A stretch of 64,000 bases of DNA from Anaerolineales bacterium (GCA_026129305.1 JAHCII010000004.1:10446-74445); one strand, 5' to 3'. Positions 39,137 to 49,130 are shown, numbered from the stretch's first letter. A program made the numbers and translations. The notes: generated by a model from the sequence alone, not told the origin.

Positions 39137-39682
39137 ATGGTGATGGAACGAACACTCCCGGTGCTAACCGGTTTGTCTGCAGAAGAGCGCCGCAGCGCCA
39201 TTCGTGAGGCCTATGACCAGGACCGCAAGCAAATGGTGCTACTGTTGGCCATGCAGCTTGGCGTGCCTGAGCGTGAAGTGGTGGAAGCCATGCCGCTGGA
39301 CCTGGCGCGCGAGCTGGACTTTGAGCGTTGGGAAGAGATCATTCGCTCTTTTGAAGCCCTGGGTGAAGTGCATGTGATCGTCTCCAACGCTGCCTCCACC
39401 CTGGAGTGTGTGGGCGAGTTTGGCAAATTCAGCACAGCACATGGCTTCTTCAACGTGCAGACCCCCTCGCTGGACATGCACATTCGCATCGCCGGCTTGG
39501 CCAGCGTGTACGCGGTGCGCAAGCCCAGCCACACAGACGGCAAAGAGGCGCTAAGCGTTCAGTTCTTTGACCCGGGCGGCAGCGCGGCGTTCAAAGTCTT
39601 CCTGACCTTCGGCGGCAAGGACCCTTCGCCGGAACGCCTGGCGCAATACGAAGACATCATCCAGCGCTTCTCGCTGGACTAG
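39137..39682 (+). CDS. HutX/ChuX-like cytoplasmic heme-binding/utilisation protein
   Basis: 181 aa. Co-linear with recalled V. cholerae HutX (…GEVHVIVSNAASTLECVGEF…GFFNV…HIRIAGLASVYAV…AFKVFLTFGGKD). GAGGTG SD lies 6 nt upstream. Confidence 0.7.
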   Translation: MVMERTLPVLTGLSAEERRSAIREAYDQDRKQMVLLLAMQLGVPEREVVEAMPLDLARELDFERWEEIIRSFEALGEVHVIVSNAASTLECVGEFGKFSTAHGFFNVQTPSLDMHIRIAGLASVYAVRKPSHTDGKEALSVQFFDPGGSAAFKVFLTFGGKDPSPERLAQYEDIIQRFSLD

Positions 39683-39687
39683 CGGGC

Positions 39688-39718
39688 AAAAAAAGAGCGG
39701 CGAGAGCCGCTCTTTTTT
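39688..39718. terminator. bidirectional intrinsic terminator
   Basis: AAAAAAAGAGCGGC-GAGA-GCCGCTCTTTTTT. Confidence 0.8.
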
Positions 39719-39728
39719 GTCTTGTCTG

Positions 39729-40451
39729 TTAGGGATGCACGGGCGGCAGCTCGTCACAGGTAGTGCCATTCATGTTCAGGGCGCTCTGTTCCATCCAAGC
39801 GATGCCAGTCAGCGGGGTGTTGCCGTCGCTCAGGTCCAGTTGGGCCCAGCCGGTGCTGGTCAGGCCCAGCACCCCGGCAAACTGGCCCATCTCCAGCGTG
39901 CCGCGTACCGAGGCGTTTGTGCCCGGGTTGGTGTGCAGCGTTACCGGCTCCATCGGCATCACATAGCACTGCTGCGGCCGCGGGATCCAGTTTAGTTGGG
40001 TTACAGAGAGGCAGTCGCCGCTCAAGCTTACGTCGTCAAAGTGGGCCCAACGCATTCGGAAAACGCCGACATTGGCTGCCTGGGCGATCCCGGGGTCAAA
40101 TCCTACCCAGCCGCTTTCCGTGCGCGCCACTACGGGAGAGCTAAACCCGGGGTTCAACTCCCCGAAGATCTGCGCATCCCGGCTGGGACGGGCATACACC
40201 TCACCGATCTGCTCAGCTTGCAGTACGCAGGCGCTGCTGCCTTGCGGCCAGGGATAGGCATTGTTGGCCGGTTGGGTTTCAGCCGCTGCTTGGGTGGGCA
40301 GCTCCAGGCTGATCTCGGTTGCGGGGATTTGCACGGCAGTAGCGGCAGGGTCTTCGGTCAACGCCGGCGTCTCTGTAGCCGGCGCGGCGGAGCAGGCTGC
40401 CAGCAGCAGCCCGGCCAGCAAACACAAGGGGAGGTTGGTTTTGGCGCTCAT
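39729..40451 (-). CDS. hypothetical lipoprotein
   Basis: Lipobox LLAGLLLAAC. No recognisable domain. Confidence 0.5.
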   Translation of the reverse strand: MSAKTNLPLCLLAGLLLAACSAAPATETPALTEDPAATAVQIPATEISLELPTQAAAETQPANNAYPWPQGSSACVLQAEQIGEVYARPSRDAQIFGELNPGFSSPVVARTESGWVGFDPGIAQAANVGVFRMRWAHFDDVSLSGDCLSVTQLNWIPRPQQCYVMPMEPVTLHTNPGTNASVRGTLEMGQFAGVLGLTSTGWAQLDLSDGNTPLTGIAWMEQSALNMNGTTCDELPPVHP

Positions 40452-40502
40452 GTACAGGGCAACGAAGCGCGCCAGCTGTCGTTACCCGACGTTTATTTTG
40501 TA

Positions 40503-42473
40503 TTAATCCGCGGGACAGTCAACCAATGCGGTGGCCGCGGCTCCGTTGCCCAGGCTTTGCCATTCCCGCCATAAAGCGCAGACCATGCCATTGCCCAGCG
40601 AGCTGGAGGCGCGTAAGCTCACCTCCCGGGCCTGATCCCATTGCCCGGTTTGGGCCAGGGCTTCAGCCAAGGGCAGCCATTCAATATCAATCTTGGGGGA
40701 AAAGCCCAGGGTCGCGGCGGTCTGCATAAGCTTAATGGTTTCGTTCCACAAGCCTTGTTGGTTGGCCAGCTTGGCCTTTTGAAAGAAGAAGCACCAATCA
40801 TGCAGGGGGTCGGTGGCGAAAATTTCAGCCACTGGTTCGGCGTTTGCGTCGGTCAAGATCACGCCTACATTCGAGATTTCCGCCAGGGCGCGGTCTTCCT
40901 CTGTCAGGTAAGGGTTGTATCTATCCACAGCCTCCAACACCCATAGGCAGCCATCCGGCACTTGGGCTATCACCAGAACATGCTGAGGGCTTTGCGCCTC
41001 AAAGATCAACCCGCGGTGTTCGGCCTGCAGGGTCTCTCCCTCCATCAGGCTATTGAACGTAGCTGTGAAACGACTTTCAAAATGCCACAGATCGACGAAG
41101 GGTGCTGCGGCGCGCACCGGGTACAACGTATTCAGCATATAGCTGGTCAGCGGCTGGCCGGTCCAGGGCGTGATGCGATCCTCGGTAACAATGGCGGTGT
41201 TCGGCTTGATCTGCGGCGCGCGCCAGGTGAGCTGCGCGTAAAAATCACGCTGGTTGATCCAATCCAGGCGGAAAGCTTGCGCGTTGCGAATATGGCTGCC
41301 GGCCGCCACTCCCACCAGCACAGCCAGCAGCAGGGTCTGCGCCCGGGGTGAACGCAGCAGGCTGAGCAGGGCAGCCAAAAGCAATGCGGCTCCGAACATG
41401 GCGATGAGCAGATAGCGCTGGCTGTATTCATTCTGGGTCAGTTCGTTGCCGGTCAGCCAGATGGGCGCCATGCCCGCCGCGAAGGCCAGCAGCCCCAGCC
41501 AACCTGCCTGCCGGGCTGTGCCGGGCTGCCCGCCCGGCTGGCCTGTGCGCGGCAACAACCAAACCAGCCCGCCCGCCACTCCCAGAGTGGCGGCCCAGGC
41601 CAGCCAGTCTGTGGCCTGCAGACTTAAGAGCGCTTCTCGCCAGGCACCCAGCAGGGTGAAGGCCAGGTCGCGCAACCCGGTCTGGGCCAGGTCCAGGGCA
41701 GTTTGCAGCGGATGGTTGCGCACATCCAGGGGGTAAGGCTCATAGGGCAATTCCAACAGCCAGAACCGCCAGATCACCCAGGTGAGGAGTACCACCAAAT
41801 AGGGCCACCAAATTAGCCATATCTTGCGCACCGCGGCCCGGATGGGGAGGCTTTGCCCAACGATCAGCCAGATCACCAGCGGGCGCACCAACTCCAGACC
41901 CACAAAATACTCCAGCATGAAAACCTGGCTGAGGGCGGTCAGCAGTGCCAGGGCTGTGTAGCGTCTGTACCGGCCTGGCTCACGCAGGGCGTACGCCATG
42001 CAGCCCAGCGAGAGCAAAAAGGCGAGCTGGGTGACCAGGTGGGCTACAAAGATGGCCGGCAGGGGTTGGGCGTTGTAGCCCGGATACACGGCGAACAAAA
42101 GCGCCGCGGCGGTCACAAAGCGCGGCGCTTTGGGCCAAATCGCTTTCAGCGCCCAGGCGAAGGCCAGCACGCCCAGCCAGCGCAGCAGGAGTGCACTGCT
42201 GTGCCACAGCAGTGCCCCGGTGCCCAGGCGGCCTATTAAATAGTAGACCCAGGCTGAATAAGGCCGGTCGTAGGTGAAGTGTGCAAACAGCTGGGCGTCA
42301 CGGCCGCTGTGGGTGTAGAAAATTGTCGGCCAGTCGTCCCAATAAAAGCCCAGGCTGGGGATCAACGGGGCGTAGGCCAACACGCAAACAAGCAAATACA
42401 ACCAAGGAGCGTACTGTTGTGGTGTTTGCAGCAACCGCTGCAGAAAACTCTTCCATCTCATGGGCGTGATCAT
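40503..42473 (-). CDS. large polytopic membrane protein (possibly GT-C/ArnT-like) with C-terminal soluble domain
   Basis: Trimmed to ATG 42473 (MITPMRWKSF...). More than 10 hydrophobic helices. Last gene downstream of the siderophore ABC operon. The function call is weak. Confidence 0.35.
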   Translation of the reverse strand: MITPMRWKSFLQRLLQTPQQYAPWLYLLVCVLAYAPLIPSLGFYWDDWPTIFYTHSGRDAQLFAHFTYDRPYSAWVYYLIGRLGTGALLWHSSALLLRWLGVLAFAWALKAIWPKAPRFVTAAALLFAVYPGYNAQPLPAIFVAHLVTQLAFLLSLGCMAYALREPGRYRRYTALALLTALSQVFMLEYFVGLELVRPLVIWLIVGQSLPIRAAVRKIWLIWWPYLVVLLTWVIWRFWLLELPYEPYPLDVRNHPLQTALDLAQTGLRDLAFTLLGAWREALLSLQATDWLAWAATLGVAGGLVWLLPRTGQPGGQPGTARQAGWLGLLAFAAGMAPIWLTGNELTQNEYSQRYLLIAMFGAALLLAALLSLLRSPRAQTLLLAVLVGVAAGSHIRNAQAFRLDWINQRDFYAQLTWRAPQIKPNTAIVTEDRITPWTGQPLTSYMLNTLYPVRAAAPFVDLWHFESRFTATFNSLMEGETLQAEHRGLIFEAQSPQHVLVIAQVPDGCLWVLEAVDRYNPYLTEEDRALAEISNVGVILTDANAEPVAEIFATDPLHDWCFFFQKAKLANQQGLWNETIKLMQTAATLGFSPKIDIEWLPLAEALAQTGQWDQAREVSLRASSSLGNGMVCALWREWQSLGNGAAATALVDCPAD

Positions 42474-42552
42474 TATAAAGTTATCCGGATAGCGCCTCTT
42501 AAAACGATACAGAGTTGCATTTGCAACCCATATCAGGCTATGAAAATTCAGC

Positions 42553-43341
42553 TCAGGCGGGCACGCGCTGGCTGAGCGGCAGGCACAGCGGCAAACCGGT
42601 GACTGGGTGCGGCACAATGCGGCTTTTGATCCCGAAGACCTGCTCCACAGTTTCTTCGGTCAGCACTTCCGCCGGGCTGCCCTGGGCGAAGATCTGGCCC
42701 TCACGCAGCGCCACCAGGCGGTCAGCGTAGGCTGCCGCCAGGTTCAAGTCGTGCAAGACCATGATGATGGTCTTGCCCTGCTGGTTGAGGTCGGCCAGCA
42801 GATTGAGGATCTCCAGCTGGTGTGCCAGGTCCAGGTAAGTGGTCGGTTCGTCCAGTAGCAGGATATTGGTCTCTTGCGCCAGCGCCATGGCGATCCAGGC
42901 GCGCTGGCGTTGCCCGCCGGAGAGGGTGTCCACGGCGCGCTCGGCCAGCGGCTGCAGGTGGGTCAGGTCCAGGGCGGTTTGCAGAGCTTGCTCGTCCGCC
43001 TGGCTCCATTGCTGGAACCAGGCCTGGTGTGGGTAGCGGCCCTGGGCCACCAGCTCGCGCACGCTGATCCCTTCGGGCGCGGTGGGCGCCTGTGGCAGGA
43101 TGCCCAGCTCGCGGGCCATCTGCTTGGTGGGCAGGCTGTGGATGGCGCGGCCGTCCAGCAGCACGCTGCCCTGGCGCGGCCGCAGCAGACGCGCCATGCC
43201 GCGCAGCACGGTGCTTTTGCCGCAGCCGTTGGGGCCGATCAGCGCCGTGATCTGCCCGGAGGGCGCCGCCAGGCTGAGCGCCTCGATGATCGCCAGCGGG
43301 CCGTAGCCCAGGGACAGGTCTTGGGTTTGCAGCAGGCTCAT
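42553..43341 (-). CDS. Fe(3+)-siderophore ABC transporter ATP-binding protein (FepC/FhuC-like)
   Basis: Walker [10 protein letters not shown], signature LSGGQRQR, Walker B LLLDEPT. Confidence 0.85.
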   Translation of the reverse strand: MSLLQTQDLSLGYGPLAIIEALSLAAPSGQITALIGPNGCGKSTVLRGMARLLRPRQGSVLLDGRAIHSLPTKQMARELGILPQAPTAPEGISVRELVAQGRYPHQAWFQQWSQADEQALQTALDLTHLQPLAERAVDTLSGGQRQRAWIAMALAQETNILLLDEPTTYLDLAHQLEILNLLADLNQQGKTIIMVLHDLNLAAAYADRLVALREGQIFAQGSPAEVLTEETVEQVFGIKSRIVPHPVTGLPLCLPLSQRVPA

Positions 43342-43343
43342 AA

Positions 43344-44408
43344 CTAAATCTTCTCTCTCTTCCACAATAGGTACAAAAAGAACGGCACGCCCACCAGGGC
43401 GATGATGATGCCGGCCGGGATCTCTATGGGCGAGAAGAGGCTGCGGCCTATCAGGTCGGCCAGCAGCACCAGAAACCCACCCGCCAGGGCCGAGGTGGGA
43501 ATGACGCCTTCATATAGGGGGCCGACCATGCGGCGGGCCGCGTGCGGGGCGATCAGCCCGACAAAACCGATGATGCCTGCCACGGTCACCGTAATGGCGG
43601 CCAGGGCCACCGCCAGCAGCAGCAAAAAGCCGCGTTTGAGTGTGAGGGGCAGGCCCAGTCCCTGGGCCACTTCCTGGCCCAGGTTCAGCGCGTTCAAATC
43701 TCGTGCTGAGAATGCCGCCAGCGGCAGGCACACCACGATCCAGGGCAGAACCACGCTCACATCCGTCCAGCTGGCCGCGTACACGCTGCCCGCCAGCCAC
43801 ATCATCGCCTTTTGCACGTGCCACAGGTCGCCAAAGGTCAGCGCGTAGGATGTGTAGGCACCCATCACGGCAGAGAGACCAATGCCGATCAGGATCAGCC
43901 GAATGGGCGAATCGCCGCCAGCGTCGCCCGTGTTGCGCCAGGCCAGCAGGTACAAGAGCGCAGCGACCAGCAAGCCGCCACCGAAGGCGGCCAGCGGCAG
44001 CGCGCTGCTGGAAACGAAAGGCAACAGAATAATCAGCGTGACGGCTGCCGCGCTGGCTCCGGCGGTCACGCCGGTCAGGTCTGGCGAGGCCAGCGGGTTG
44101 CGGGTGAGGCCCTGGATGATGCCGCCCGAGGTGGCCAGGGCCGCGCCCACCAGCCAGGCCAGCAAGGCGCGCGGTAAGCGTAGCTGCATAATGACGAATT
44201 CATAGCGGGCGCCCTCGGCGCGGCCCAAAAGCGTGCCGACTACATCTGCCAGGGGGATCGGATACTCTCCCACAGAGACGCAGACAGCCAGCACGGCCAA
44301 AGTAGCCAGCAGCAGGGCACTGATCACCCAAGGTGCCCGCTGGTCGAAGCGCAGTGAGACCCCGCCAGGCAGCCGGTAGACCTTCCAAGAAGAAGACTGG
44401 GCGCTCAT
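43344..44408 (-). CDS. FecCD-family iron-chelate ABC permease
   Basis: 354 aa polytopic protein with typical FecCD motifs ([26 protein letters not shown]). Confidence 0.85.
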   Translation of the reverse strand: MSAQSSSWKVYRLPGGVSLRFDQRAPWVISALLLATLAVLAVCVSVGEYPIPLADVVGTLLGRAEGARYEFVIMQLRLPRALLAWLVGAALATSGGIIQGLTRNPLASPDLTGVTAGASAAAVTLIILLPFVSSSALPLAAFGGGLLVAALLYLLAWRNTGDAGGDSPIRLILIGIGLSAVMGAYTSYALTFGDLWHVQKAMMWLAGSVYAASWTDVSVVLPWIVVCLPLAAFSARDLNALNLGQEVAQGLGLPLTLKRGFLLLLAVALAAITVTVAGIIGFVGLIAPHAARRMVGPLYEGVIPTSALAGGFLVLLADLIGRSLFSPIEIPAGIIIALVGVPFFLYLLWKREKI

Positions 44409-45424
44409 CGTTTGATCTTGGAGCGAACCAGATAGATGAAAACTGGCCCGCCAATGGCGGCGGTCATGATGCCCACGGGCATCTCCAGTGGGCGCACCAG
44501 CACGCGTCCCACCAGGTCAGAGAGCACCAGCAGGCTGGCGCCCACCAGCGCGGCGTACGGCAAGGTCCAACGGTAGTCCACTCCGGTGAACATGCGCACC
44601 ATGTGCGGCACGACCAGGCCAATAAAGCCGATCGGTCCGGCCAGCGCCACCGCGCCGCCGGCCAGCACGACCACGATCACGGCGCTGATGGCTTTGATCC
44701 AGCCCACGTTTTGCCCCAGGCCGCGCGCCACGTCTTCGCCCAGCGAGAGCGTGGTGATCTGCCGGCCAAAGATCAGGGCCAGGGCCAGGCCGCCCAAAAT
44801 AAAAGGCAGGCTTTGCGTGACCAGCTCCATGCTGCGTCCGGCGACACTGCCTGCCAGCCAAAAGCGCACTTCTTCCAATGAGCGCTGATCAAAAAGCAAT
44901 ATAGTGGTGGTCAGCGAGGCCAGCAGGGCGGTCAGCGCCGCCCCGACGATAGTCAGCTTGTACGGCGTCACCCCGCCGCGGCCCATGGCGCTCAGCGCAT
45001 ACACAGCCAGCACGGTCAGCGTGCCGCCCACAAAGGCGAACAGGGCATACACCGGCAGGGCGCTGATCTTGAACAGGAAGATGCCGCTGACCACGGCCAA
45101 AGTGGCGCCGGCTTCGATCCCCAACAGGCCGGGATCGGCCAGCGGGTTGCGCGTCAAGCCTTGCATGATGGCGCCGGCTACGCCCAGCGCCGCGCCGACC
45201 AGGATCGCCGTCAGGGCGCGCGGCAGCCGCAAAGTCTGAATGATCAGGTGCCCAGTATCCTTTGCGTCGAAATGTGAGAATGAAGCCAGCACATCTTGAA
45301 TATTGATGTCTGCCGCACCAAAGGCGATGCTGCCCAACGCGACCAAGACCAAAATGGCGCCGGCCACGGGCAGCAGGCTGAAGAGCAGCCAGGGGCGGGT
45401 TTGAGCAGCAGGTTGACCGGGCAT
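44405..45424 (-). CDS. FecCD-family iron-chelate ABC permease
   Basis: Trimmed to ATG 45424. Motifs [14 protein letters not shown] and [12 protein letters not shown]. Overlaps the next permease by 4 nt. Confidence 0.85.
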   Translation of the reverse strand: MPGQPAAQTRPWLLFSLLPVAGAILVLVALGSIAFGAADINIQDVLASFSHFDAKDTGHLIIQTLRLPRALTAILVGAALGVAGAIMQGLTRNPLADPGLLGIEAGATLAVVSGIFLFKISALPVYALFAFVGGTLTVLAVYALSAMGRGGVTPYKLTIVGAALTALLASLTTTILLFDQRSLEEVRFWLAGSVAGRSMELVTQSLPFILGGLALALIFGRQITTLSLGEDVARGLGQNVGWIKAISAVIVVVLAGGAVALAGPIGFIGLVVPHMVRMFTGVDYRWTLPYAALVGASLLVLSDLVGRVLVRPLEMPVGIMTAAIGGPVFIYLVRSKIKR

Positions 45425-45428
45425 GTTG

Positions 45429-46250
45429 CTACGCGTTGGCGTGCTCTTCCTCAATGTGCTTGCGGACCATCTCCACGCGTTCTTCCAGCGGGCGGTGCGG
45501 GCAGGAGGAACACATGCCGCTATTGTCGGTACGATAGTACAGGCAGCAGGAATTGCGATTGACCATGTAGTGTGTCTCGCCAAGGTGTTCCACGGCGATC
45601 AAGTCGTTACGAAGGCTGAGCAAAGAAGGTACGGCCGCAAAGGCCCGGCTTTCCTGGGCCCCGATCAACTCATTGCCCATCAGTTCACCCAGCCACATCA
45701 AGGCATAGGCACAATAGTCAGCCGCGGTGGACCACATGGCGGATTTCCCCAAACGGCTGTAAGCGAAGGTGGCATCCACCACCGGTGTGAAGCTCTCGAT
45801 CAGTCTGGCGCGCAATGCCTCGCGCAGTGCGTCCCGGTCGGCGACGACTTCGCAGTCTGCATGGTCTGCGGCCGGGTCGCCGGGCAGGGCCACAAAGCCG
45901 CGCCCAGTCCAGGCCAGCCCGGCGATACCGCCGTGCTCATCAAAACGCACTTGCAGGCTGTCGGCCCTCAGGTCGGGAACACGCTGTTCCACCAGGAACA
46001 TAGCCATGGACACGAGTTGGATGGGATAGATGTAGTGCCCGAACCACAGCATGGCCGGCGGGCGCAGCTGTTCAGTGGGGTAATTTTTGCGCGTGCGCTC
46101 GATCACCTCAGCCAGTGCGGGGCCTTGGGCGTCGGCCAGCTGCCGCACGCTGATCCAGCCCGGCTGGTCATCGGGCTGCGCCAGCAGGCGGCCGCGGCCC
46201 TCCTGATGCAGTTGGCCCAGCTTGGCCAGCGATTCTTCGATGGGGTGCAT
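45429..46250 (-). CDS. FhuF-like siderophore-iron reductase ((2Fe-2S)-binding)
   Basis: C-terminal C-C-x10-C-x2-C motif ([18 protein letters not shown]), characteristic of FhuF. Confidence 0.75.
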   Translation of the reverse strand: MHPIEESLAKLGQLHQEGRGRLLAQPDDQPGWISVRQLADAQGPALAEVIERTRKNYPTEQLRPPAMLWFGHYIYPIQLVSMAMFLVEQRVPDLRADSLQVRFDEHGGIAGLAWTGRGFVALPGDPAADHADCEVVADRDALREALRARLIESFTPVVDATFAYSRLGKSAMWSTAADYCAYALMWLGELMGNELIGAQESRAFAAVPSLLSLRNDLIAVEHLGETHYMVNRNSCCLYYRTDNSGMCSSCPHRPLEERVEMVRKHIEEEHANA

Positions 46251-46347
46251 CCTCTACAGCCTTTCTTCTATACGGCACGGGCCGGTCGTTCATTCCATCA
46301 AGAGTGAACGACCGGCCAGGCCGACTGCGCCAAAAGGGGCAGTGGGA

Positions 46348-47400
46348 TTACTGGGTGGCTGGGTCGCCGTCTAGAGCGGTCACCAGCAGCTGTGGCAGCT
46401 CGGTGACCACATAGTCCAGGCTCAGCACGGTGCCGAAGTTCATGGCGTCGTACAGCGGCTGGTCTGCAGTTAGCAGAATGTCGCGGCCTTCGGCGTAGAC
46501 GTTCAGTTGCTGATACACAGGCTCAGCGCGGTAGGCAGCCCCTTCTTCGGCGGTATTGAACAGCCAGATGATCACATCCAGGTCCACCAAGTCCAGGCGC
46601 TCACGGCTGACGCTGGCGCCAAAGGCATCTCCCACCAGCTCACCGATCTCCGCTGGAATGACGAAGCCCAGGTTGGTCATGATACGGCCGCGCACATCCT
46701 GCGGGCCGTAAATGTAGTAATTGTCCGGGTAACCCCAGGGCGAGTTGACCACACCGCTGGCGCCCACGAACTGCGGATAGTGCTGCTGGGCGGCAGCGAA
46801 CTTGCCCTCGACCTCAGCCACCAGGTTGGCAGCCCGCTGTGGCTGGCCGACGATCTGGCCGATCACCAGAGTGATCTCCTGCCAGGGGATGCCCCAATCG
46901 GCGTATGCAGCGGGTTGGGCCACCACCGGAGCGATCTGGCTGAGGGTGTCGTATTCGTCCTGGGTGATGCCCGAATAGAGGCCGACGATCAGGTCGGGGT
47001 TCAAGCCGGCGATCTGCTCGAAATTGAGCTCGGCGCTTGAGAGCACCACCGGCAGCTCCGCACCGCCCAGGTAGCTCTCCGCCCAGGGGAAGATGGCGCC
47101 GGGTTTCTCGCCGTACCACTCGCGGGTGGCCACGGGCACCACGCCCAGGGCCAGCAGGGCGTCCTGCTCGGTCAAGCCGACCAGTACGATGCGTTCGGGC
47201 AGCTCAGAGATGGTGGTCTCGCCGTACTTATGGGCGATGGTCACGGGGTAGGCGCCGTCTTCCACAAGGGCTGCGGGGCCAGTCTCCTCGGCCACAGCGT
47301 CTTCGGCCGGGGCTTCTACAGCAGCCTCTGGGGCTGCAACTTCCTGGTTGGCTGGGCTGGGCGCGCCGCAAGCGGCGGTCACCAGCAGCACCACTGCCAA
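46348..47400 (-). CDS. Fe-siderophore ABC transporter substrate-binding lipoprotein; N-terminus apparently disrupted by a frameshift (see finding)
   Basis: 350-aa ORF from TTG 47400 with the FhuD/FepB-like periplasmic binding pattern. The natural ATG+SD at 47425 is out of frame by one base. Confidence 0.8.
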   Translation of the reverse strand: MAVVLLVTAACGAPSPANQEVAAPEAAVEAPAEDAVAEETGPAALVEDGAYPVTIAHKYGETTISELPERIVLVGLTEQDALLALGVVPVATREWYGEKPGAIFPWAESYLGGAELPVVLSSAELNFEQIAGLNPDLIVGLYSGITQDEYDTLSQIAPVVAQPAAYADWGIPWQEITLVIGQIVGQPQRAANLVAEVEGKFAAAQQHYPQFVGASGVVNSPWGYPDNYYIYGPQDVRGRIMTNLGFVIPAEIGELVGDAFGASVSRERLDLVDLDVIIWLFNTAEEGAAYRAEPVYQQLNVYAEGRDILLTADQPLYDAMNFGTVLSLDYVVTELPQLLVTALDGDPATQ

Positions 47401-47585
47401 CCAGGCGAATTGGGTTTTTGCGCATGTGCAACAAACTCCTAAGGGGATCTGAGAATTTGTCAGCCTTTGCTGACAGGCGTGGTTATAGTGCGCCTGTCAG
47501 GCGCAAACAAGCCTGAGGCTTGAAACCTTTGTTCAATCAGGATGAGGAAGGTGTTGTAGTTTTAGGTAGGTTTGTTCTGCGAAAC

Positions 47586-47624
47586 AAAAAACCTGCAAAA
47601 GTTCTTCAAAAATGAACTTGCAGG
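47586..47624 (-). terminator. intrinsic terminator after tRNA-Pro
   Basis: On the minus strand: CCTGCAAGTTC...GAACTTTTGCAGG followed by TTTTTT. Confidence 0.7.
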
Positions 47625-47629
47625 CTTTC

Positions 47630-47706
<77 letters not shown>

Positions 47707-47861
47707 AATACTGTAAGGTTGCCTTTCTGGCGGCAGCCAAACGGTGAGCGCAGATTGTATCGCGTATTTTGTGGCTTTCAAAGCCCGCCCGGCTCTAAAA
47801 TCACGCCAAAAAGGCGCGATGGTATAATTTTTTCTCTTAACCCAAACAAAGGTTCCAATAT

Positions 47862-48617
47862 ATGTCCGGTCACAGTAAATGGTCCACTATCAAACGCAAA
47901 AAGGCGGTCACCGACGCCAAGCGCGGCCAGGTCTTCACCCGCCTGGCGCGGGAGATCGCCATCGCCGCCCGTGAGGGCGGCGGCAACCCCGACACCAACT
48001 TCACCCTGCGCGTCGCCGTCGAAAAGGCCCGCGCCGAAAGCATGCCCGCCGCCAATATCGAGCGCGCCATCCAGCGCGGCACTGGCGAGGGCAAAGATGC
48101 TGTGGCTCTTGAGCAGATCACCTACGAGGGCTATGCCCAGCACGGCGTGGCGCTGATCATCGACTGCGTCTCCGACAACCGCAACCGCACCGTCTCCGAA
48201 CTGCGCCATGTGCTCTCGCGCAGCGGCGGCAGCCTGGGCGAGGGCGGCTCGGTGGCCTGGCAGTTCACCCAGATCGCCTTTTTTGCTTTCCCCGCCGGCG
48301 AACATACGGAAGAGCAGCTCTTTGAGCTGGCCGCCGAAGCCGGTGCCGACGATGTGTGGATAGAAGACGGCCAGGCCGAGATCACCGGCCCGGTGGCGGC
48401 CTTCAAGCAGATTGGCGACGCCCTGCGCAACGCCAGCATCGCCATCAGCGACGCCGGCCTGCGCATGCAGCCCAACCAGGAGATGGACCTGGGCCCGTCC
48501 GAGACCATCCAGGTCATGCGCACTATTGAAGCCCTGGAGGACCTGGACGACGTGCAAACCGTCGCCTCCAACCTCAACATCAGCGACGCGGCCCTGGAGC
48601 AACTCGCCTCCGCCTAA
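47862..48617 (+). CDS. yebC: YebC/PmpR family DNA-binding regulatory protein
   Basis: MSGHSKWSTIKRKKAVTDAKRGQVFTRLAREI... Confidence 0.9.
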   Translation: MSGHSKWSTIKRKKAVTDAKRGQVFTRLAREIAIAAREGGGNPDTNFTLRVAVEKARAESMPAANIERAIQRGTGEGKDAVALEQITYEGYAQHGVALIIDCVSDNRNRTVSELRHVLSRSGGSLGEGGSVAWQFTQIAFFAFPAGEHTEEQLFELAAEAGADDVWIEDGQAEITGPVAAFKQIGDALRNASIAISDAGLRMQPNQEMDLGPSETIQVMRTIEALEDLDDVQTVASNLNISDAALEQLASA

Positions 48618-48623
48618 GGGCTT

Positions 48624-49124
48624 ATGCTGGCGATCGGGATCGACCCTGGCACCGCCATCACCGGCTACGGTGTGGTGCAGCGCGCCACCAACGGTGATCT
48701 GCGCGCCCTGGACTGGGGCGTGATCCTGACCCCGGCGGAAATGCCCGGGGCCGAGCGCTTGCAGGTCATCTTCCACTCCCTCAATGAGCTGCTGACCCGC
48801 CACCAGCCGCACACTGCGGCCGTCGAATCCTTGTTCTTTCAGCGCAATGTGCGTACGGCCATGAGCGTGGGCCAGGCGCGCGGCGTAGTGCTGCTGGCCC
48901 TACAACTGGCGGGCGTGCCCACCAGCGATTACAACCCCAACCAGGTCAAGCAGGCTGTCAGTGGTTACGGCGGAGCCGACAAGGTCCAGATACAAAATAT
49001 GGTGCGCGCCCTGCTGGGCCTGCCGGAGCTGCCCAAGCCGGATGACGCCGCCGATGCCCTGGCGGTGGCCATCTGCCATCTGAATACGCAGCGCACCCGG
49101 CAGCTGATTGCCCAGAATGGATAG
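48624..49124 (+). CDS. ruvC: crossover junction endodeoxyribonuclease RuvC
   Basis: MLAIGIDPGTAITGYGVV...VESLFFQRN...PDDAADALAVAICH. Confidence 0.9.
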   Translation: MLAIGIDPGTAITGYGVVQRATNGDLRALDWGVILTPAEMPGAERLQVIFHSLNELLTRHQPHTAAVESLFFQRNVRTAMSVGQARGVVLLALQLAGVPTSDYNPNQVKQAVSGYGGADKVQIQNMVRALLGLPELPKPDDAADALAVAICHLNTQRTRQLIAQNG

Positions 49125-49130
49125 GGTCTT

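Noticed and set aside
47562-47580. IdeR/DtxR-like box TTAGGTAGGTTTGTTCTGC upstream of the siderophore operon.
   Set aside because: Only the first half (TTAGGTAGG) matches the 19-bp TWAGGTWAGSCTWACCTWA consensus, and the second half does not. It also lies next to the tRNA-Pro terminator.
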